DNA of 54,793 nt, from the NCBI GenBank assembly GCA_003489165.1, contig DNJG01000007.1:1-54793 (forward strand), written 5' to 3'. Numbering within the stretch: position 1 is the stretch's first letter; every line of letters starts with the position of its first letter. This document shows, piece after piece, positions 50,686-54,793 of the stretch. Source of the DNA: Nitrospinota bacterium (lineage in GTDB: Bacteria; Nitrospinota; Nitrospinia; UBA9942). The position numbers were made by a program, and so were the translations under genes. The notes beneath the pieces were generated by a model. The model saw nothing but the letters and a program-made list of their open reading frames with translations. It ran no database searches and was not told where the DNA came from.

Positions 50686-52662
50686 ATGCACGAACACCAT
50701 CTTAAATCTGAAGAGGCTGTAAACGGGGCATCCACAATTGTCCTCCTCGGCAACCCTAATGTAGGGAAGAGTGTAATATTTGGCTTGCTGACAGGGAAGT
50801 ATGTGGATGTATCAAATTATCCCGGCACGACTGTAGAGGTAAGTAAGGGAATTATGCCGTTCCATAAGAATGGCAAATTGGTGCTGATTGACAGCCCCGG
50901 AGTAAACAGCCTCATACCGAGGTCTGAAGATGAGAGGATAACGAGGGATATATTGCTTGATAAGAAACATGAAGGGGTCGTTCAGGTTGTTGATACAAAG
51001 AATCTTAAGAGAGGTCTCCTCATAACCCTTCAGCTTGCAGAGGCTGGAATTCCTATTATTCAGGTGCTCAATATATATGACGAGGCTACTGAGAGGGGAA
51101 TAGAGGTAAATAGAGGAAAGCTGGCGGGTATATTGGGCACAAGGGTAATACCGATGGTGGCAACAGAGAGAATGGGGCTGTCTGACTTAAAAAGGGATAT
51201 TAATAACCTTCGTAAATCTTCTATTAAAACCAATTTTAATGAGCATATAGAAAATGCAATAAAAGAACTTTCGGCAATCCTTCCTGAGACATATATATCA
51301 AAAAGGGGCTTATGCCTCATGCTCCTATCAGGAGATGATACCATTATCACAAAACTTAAAGAGATGTCGCCTGATTTGGATTTAACCAGTGTTAAGAAAA
51401 TCATTGACGGGACACAGAATCATTTTAAAGACCCGTTAAGCTATGTAATACAGAGAGAGAGGCAGGCTGTAATAGAAGATATATATAATAAATGTGTAAA
51501 GAGTGAGGGTGGGACAGCAGCAGTAATCAGGACAAAGATTGGCAACTACTCCATGCACCCTGTATGGGGCATTCCGATACTCCTATTCGTGCTGTATTTT
51601 ATGTATAAGCTCGTAGGTGAATTTGGTGCCGGAGTGGTTGTAGATTTCATGGAAGAGACCATCTTCGGCCAATACATAAATCCGTGGTTTACAATTCTCA
51701 TAGACTCCATCATACCAATCCAGATTGTCCACGATGCTTTTGTTGGAGAATACGGAATAATCACCATGGGCGTTACTTATGCCGTATCTATAGTCCTGCC
51801 GATTGTAAGTTTTTTCTTTATCTTCTTCGGCACTTTGGAGGATTCAGGCTACCTGCCGAGGCTAACGGTAATGTCAAACAAGGCATTCAAAAAGATGGGA
51901 CTGAGCGGAAAGGCTGTTCTGCCGATGGTTCTGGGGCTGGGATGCGATACTATGGCTACACTTACTGTGAGAATCCTTGAAACGAGAAAGGAGAGGATTA
52001 TTGCAACACTCCTGCTTGCCCTCGGAATCCCATGCTCAGCCCAATTGGGTGTTGTCATGGGGATGCTCGGCGGGATTTCAGAGAGGGCACTGTTTTTTAT
52101 TGTAATCACTGTCCTTCTCCAGCTTTTGATAGTAGGGTATCTGGCATCAAAGGTTGTCCCGGGAAAATCATCAGATTTTTTCATGGAACTGCCCCCTATC
52201 AGAATTCCAAAATTTTCAAATATCTTAAGAAAGACATATTACAGGGTAAAGTGGTTTTTAAAAGAGGCTGTGCCGCTATTTATTATAGGGACATTCAGTC
52301 TATTTATTCTGGACAGGCTCGGTCTGTTGAGGATTATAGAGAAGATAGCAAATCCTGTTGTAACTGGAATTCTTGGACTGCCTGACAAGGCTACATGGGC
52401 ATTTATCGTGGGATTTTTAAGAAGGGATTATGGTGCGGCGGGATTATTTAATCTTCAAAAAAACAATCAGCTTGATTTGATTCAGACAACTGTTGGCGTT
52501 GCAGTTATGATACTTTTTGTCCCCTGCCTCGCAAACTTCCTTGTAATAATAAAAGAGCAGGGTTTAAAAAGGGCGGCAATGATTGTATCTTTCATATTCT
52601 TCTATGCAGTATTTGTAGGGTGGATTTTGAATCTACTCCTTCACAGTATCAGAATCCTCTGA
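50686..52662 (+). CDS. feoB: Ferrous iron transporter FeoB
   Basis: N-terminal G-domain (GNPNVGKS, DSPG) followed by a gate/nucleoside-recognition membrane domain. The ATG at 50686 is preferred over the tracked TTG at 50674. Confidence 0.92.
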   Translation: MHEHHLKSEEAVNGASTIVLLGNPNVGKSVIFGLLTGKYVDVSNYPGTTVEVSKGIMPFHKNGKLVLIDSPGVNSLIPRSEDERITRDILLDKKHEGVVQVVDTKNLKRGLLITLQLAEAGIPIIQVLNIYDEATERGIEVNRGKLAGILGTRVIPMVATERMGLSDLKRDINNLRKSSIKTNFNEHIENAIKELSAILPETYISKRGLCLMLLSGDDTIITKLKEMSPDLDLTSVKKIIDGTQNHFKDPLSYVIQRERQAVIEDIYNKCVKSEGGTAAVIRTKIGNYSMHPVWGIPILLFVLYFMYKLVGEFGAGVVVDFMEETIFGQYINPWFTILIDSIIPIQIVHDAFVGEYGIITMGVTYAVSIVLPIVSFFFIFFGTLEDSGYLPRLTVMSNKAFKKMGLSGKAVLPMVLGLGCDTMATLTVRILETRKERIIATLLLALGIPCSAQLGVVMGMLGGISERALFFIVITVLLQLLIVGYLASKVVPGKSSDFFMELPPIRIPKFSNILRKTYYRVKWFLKEAVPLFIIGTFSLFILDRLGLLRIIEKIANPVVTGILGLPDKATWAFIVGFLRRDYGAAGLFNLQKNNQLDLIQTTVGVAVMILFVPCLANFLVIIKEQGLKRAAMIVSFIFFYAVFVGWILNLLLHSIRIL

Positions 52663-52676
52663 TAAAAAGTTACTTC

Positions 52677-53900
52677 TCATAATTTCTGAGGCACAATTTT
52701 TACAAATCTCTTTTTCCCTATCTTAAGTATATATTCACCTCGCCTTAACTTCTTCTCTATATCTGTCACCCTCTCTCCATTTACAGTAACCGCCCCTTCT
52801 TTAATTAATCTCCTTGCCTCTGAACCGCTTGTTGGCGGAACTGTTGTAGATATTATACGCGGCAGCCACAGTTCATCTCCATCCCACTTTAATTCTACAA
52901 CAGGCATATCATCCGGAAGCTCCCTCTGGCTGAATACTTTTTCAAATTCCCTCTGTGCATCAGATGCCTCAACCTCACTATGAAATCTCCGAATAATCTC
53001 ACTTGCCAGTTTCTTTTTTAGTTCCATAGGATGTATGGAACCATCATTTATTCCCTTTTTAAATTTCTCAAGTTCATCCATACTAATATCACTCAGGAGT
53101 TCATAATATCTCACCATCAGCTCATCCGATATTGACATTATCTTTCCAAACATTTCCTTCGGAGATTCTGTTATGCCTATATAATTGCCAAGACTCTTAC
53201 TCATCTTTTGCACTCCATCTGTCCCCTCTAAGAGAGGCATCATAACAACCACCTGTTCCTCCACCCCCATTGTTTTCTGCATATGTCTTCCCATAAGGAG
53301 ATTAAAACGCTGGTCAGTCCCGCCTAATTCTATATCAGCCTTTAAATAAACAGAATCATAAGCCTGAAACAGCGGGTAATAGAATTCAAGTATAGTTATC
53401 TCCTGCTGACTGGCAAACCGTTTTTTAAAATCTTCTCTCTCAAGCATCCTTGCTACTGTCCGCATTGCACCAAGAGATACAACTTCCATTGCACTCATTT
53501 TTTCAAACCATTCACTATTAAATCGTACCTGGGTTTTTTTGGGGTCAAGGATTTTAAATATCTGTTCTTTATAGGTTTCGGCATTTTTCAATACATCTTC
53601 CCTTGTTAACGGCTTTCTTGTTTCAGACCTTCCTGTTGGGTCTCCAATTATTCCGGTAAAATCACCGATTAAAAATATCACCTCATGCCCCAACTCCTGA
53701 AACTGCCTCATCTTATGGATTAATACCGTATGCCCAAGATGAATATCAGGTGCAGTTGGGTCAAATCCTGCCTTAACCTTAAGGGGAACACCTGTAGAGA
53801 TTGATTTTTCAAGCTTTTTCACAAGCTCATCGTCCGTTATAATCTCTACAGTCCCTCTTTTTATGATTTTAAGCTGCTCTTTAATGTCTTTAGTTGACAT
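52677..53900 (-). CDS. tyrS: Tyrosine--tRNA ligase
   Basis: [12 protein letters not shown] and a C-terminal S4 domain. The ATG at 53900 ([10 protein letters not shown]) is more plausible than 53921. Confidence 0.93.
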   Translation of the reverse strand: MSTKDIKEQLKIIKRGTVEIITDDELVKKLEKSISTGVPLKVKAGFDPTAPDIHLGHTVLIHKMRQFQELGHEVIFLIGDFTGIIGDPTGRSETRKPLTREDVLKNAETYKEQIFKILDPKKTQVRFNSEWFEKMSAMEVVSLGAMRTVARMLEREDFKKRFASQQEITILEFYYPLFQAYDSVYLKADIELGGTDQRFNLLMGRHMQKTMGVEEQVVVMMPLLEGTDGVQKMSKSLGNYIGITESPKEMFGKIMSISDELMVRYYELLSDISMDELEKFKKGINDGSIHPMELKKKLASEIIRRFHSEVEASDAQREFEKVFSQRELPDDMPVVELKWDGDELWLPRIISTTVPPTSGSEARRLIKEGAVTVNGERVTDIEKKLRRGEYILKIGKKRFVKIVPQKL

Positions 53901-53981
53901 AGTGATATAATTAAAAGTCAAAGTTCAAGCGAAGATAACAGAAGAAGGGGTTGAAGGGTTAATAGTTTAAGCACTCAATTT

Positions 53982-54254
53982 TCATTTCACCTTAATCTTC
54001 AGTCCTTTTATTTTTTTTCTGAGTGTATTTCGGTTTATGCCTAATATTTCCGATGTCTTTACCTGATTTCCTTTGGTCTCATCAAGAACCATTTTTATGA
54101 GGGGCTCTTCAACAAGATTGATTATTGTGCCATATAAATTACCATTATCTAAATGCTTCATTTTGGATAGATGTTTTTGGAGTTTGCTTTTGAGGACATC
54201 TTCAAATGTGCAGCCACACCCCTCTTTTTCTTTTGCCTCACGAATCTCTTTCAT
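53982..54254 (-). CDS. Fis-family helix-turn-helix DNA-binding protein
   Basis: C-terminal GNQVKTSEILGINRNTLRKKIK HTH_8 motif. Confidence 0.75.
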   Translation of the reverse strand: MKEIREAKEKEGCGCTFEDVLKSKLQKHLSKMKHLDNGNLYGTIINLVEEPLIKMVLDETKGNQVKTSEILGINRNTLRKKIKGLKIKVK

Positions 54255-54453
54255 AAAAATAACCTGCCCGTCATTGATGCTAAATTTTGAAACGATTTTA
54301 CCTCATAGGGTAAAAGGGGTATAAATTTACTAAATCAACTTTTGATTTAACCGAGGAATGAATAATATTATCAAAATTAATAACCTTGTCAAGAACAAAA
54401 ATATTTAGTTTTTAAAATCTGTGATAGAATACAGACTTACGCCAAATAGAGAT

Positions 54454-54630
54454 GAACAAAAACCTGATTAAACCACTGAGACACTGAGGCACAGAGAGAA
54501 ACAAAAACAAAAAAGATTAAGGAGAAAGGGAGAAGATGGAGAGATAGAGAAAAGGGAAAATAAAATATTTTTTCTACTCCCCATTTCTCTTTATTGTTTT
54601 CCTCTGTGTCTCCGTGCCTGTGCAAATTTT
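54454..54630. repeat. CACTGAG/CACAGAG-type palindromic repeat, copy C
   Basis: It shares GAACAAAAACCTGATTAA at the left end with copy A. The right end (CCTCTGTGTCTCCGTGCCTGTGCAAATTTT) resembles the right arm of copies A and B. The internal sequence differs. Confidence 0.8.
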
Positions 54631-54645
54631 TATAATTTCCTTTAC

Positions 54646-54793
54646 ATGAACGAGCTAAACTCAAAAAACATATTAATTGTAAGAATAGGTGCGGTGGGAG
54701 ATGTGCTGATGGCAACACCGCTTGTATCAGCCATTCGGAGGGCATACCCTGACTCTCATATCGGATTTTTTACATCCCATTATGCTATGCCGC
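54646..54793 (+). CDS. Glycosyltransferase family 9 (LPS heptosyltransferase-like), 3'-partial
   Basis: MNELNSKNILIVRIGAVGDVLMATPLVSAIRRAYPDSHI is the typical GT9 N-terminus. The ORF runs off the window end. Confidence 0.7.
   Translation, partial: MNELNSKNILIVRIGAVGDVLMATPLVSAIRRAYPDSHIGFFTSHYAMP

Noticed and set aside
53901-53981. T-box leaders upstream of tyrS, and upstream of metG at 43262-43346
   Set aside because: The intergenic spacers are only ~80 nt, too short for a T-box (~200 nt or more), and contain no T-box consensus sequence. The metG spacer is filled by a heptamer hairpin.
1-54793. Defence islands, prophage, toxin-antitoxin, retron or DGR-type systems
   Set aside because: I saw no integrase, phage structural genes, reverse transcriptase, restriction/modification genes, cas genes or small paired toxin/antitoxin ORFs. 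The only mobile-element protein trace is the IS3 tail at 31920-32108.

Overview
AT-rich bacterial chromosomal window made up mostly of housekeeping genes. Gene content suggests a diderm anaerobe: MetF/MetV, a CobA-HemD fusion, RNase Y/YmdB, a TonB-dependent receptor, and a b6-type cytochrome b. I cannot assign the lineage from sequence alone; Nitrospirota- or Thermodesulfobacteriota-like is only a guess.

Recognisable content, in order:
- valS (5'-partial), a radical-SAM gene, tRNA-Leu, metV-metF, and glmU(N-domain only)-glmS.
- A sulfate-assimilation operon: cysD, cysNC, a Dsr-like sulfite reductase, two TusA-like genes, cysH and a PiT permease.
- rnpB.
- A minus-strand block: Zn-ribbon protein, TlpA-like protein, a giant spermidine-synthase-like membrane protein, two Vgb/NHL beta-propellers, a split b6-type cytochrome b, a lipoprotein, and a NosZ-like Cu protein.
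- A cobalamin-riboswitch-controlled btuBFCD-like cluster and an IS3 transposase remnant.
- rsmI, cobA/hemD, hemB, an aldehyde dehydrogenase, a radical-SAM gene, queE, an HU/IHF gene, a PPIase and tRNA-Ala.
- metG, ymdB, rny, a 5-formyl-THF cyclo-ligase, a 6S RNA candidate, zapA and a zapB-like gene.
- mtaB, a DUF62 gene, a NicO transporter, feoB, tyrS, a Fis-family gene and a 5'-partial heptosyltransferase.

What stands out:
1. The 19.4-26.6 kb cluster encodes a divergent NosZ-like propeller/cupredoxin protein. By hand alignment, one CuZ histidine and the first CuA histidine are replaced. It sits next to a Rieske-less b6-type cytochrome b/subunit IV-heme c pair and two Vgb-like propellers, with no nosDFYL/nosR genes in the window.
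2. The type-A RNase P RNA gene carries a ~180-nt copy of a dispersed palindromic repeat in helix P12. A nearly identical copy lies between cysD and cysN.
3. Hairpin elements built from inverted arrays of tandem 7-8-mers are very dense. Several have been absorbed in-frame into coding sequence, and one encodes the whole signal peptide of a propeller protein.
4. glmS starts Met-Ser instead of Met-Cys, and it overlaps a glmU that lacks the acetyltransferase domain.
5. A likely 6S RNA is masked by a spurious ORF.

I found no CRISPR array, prophage or recognisable defence island.
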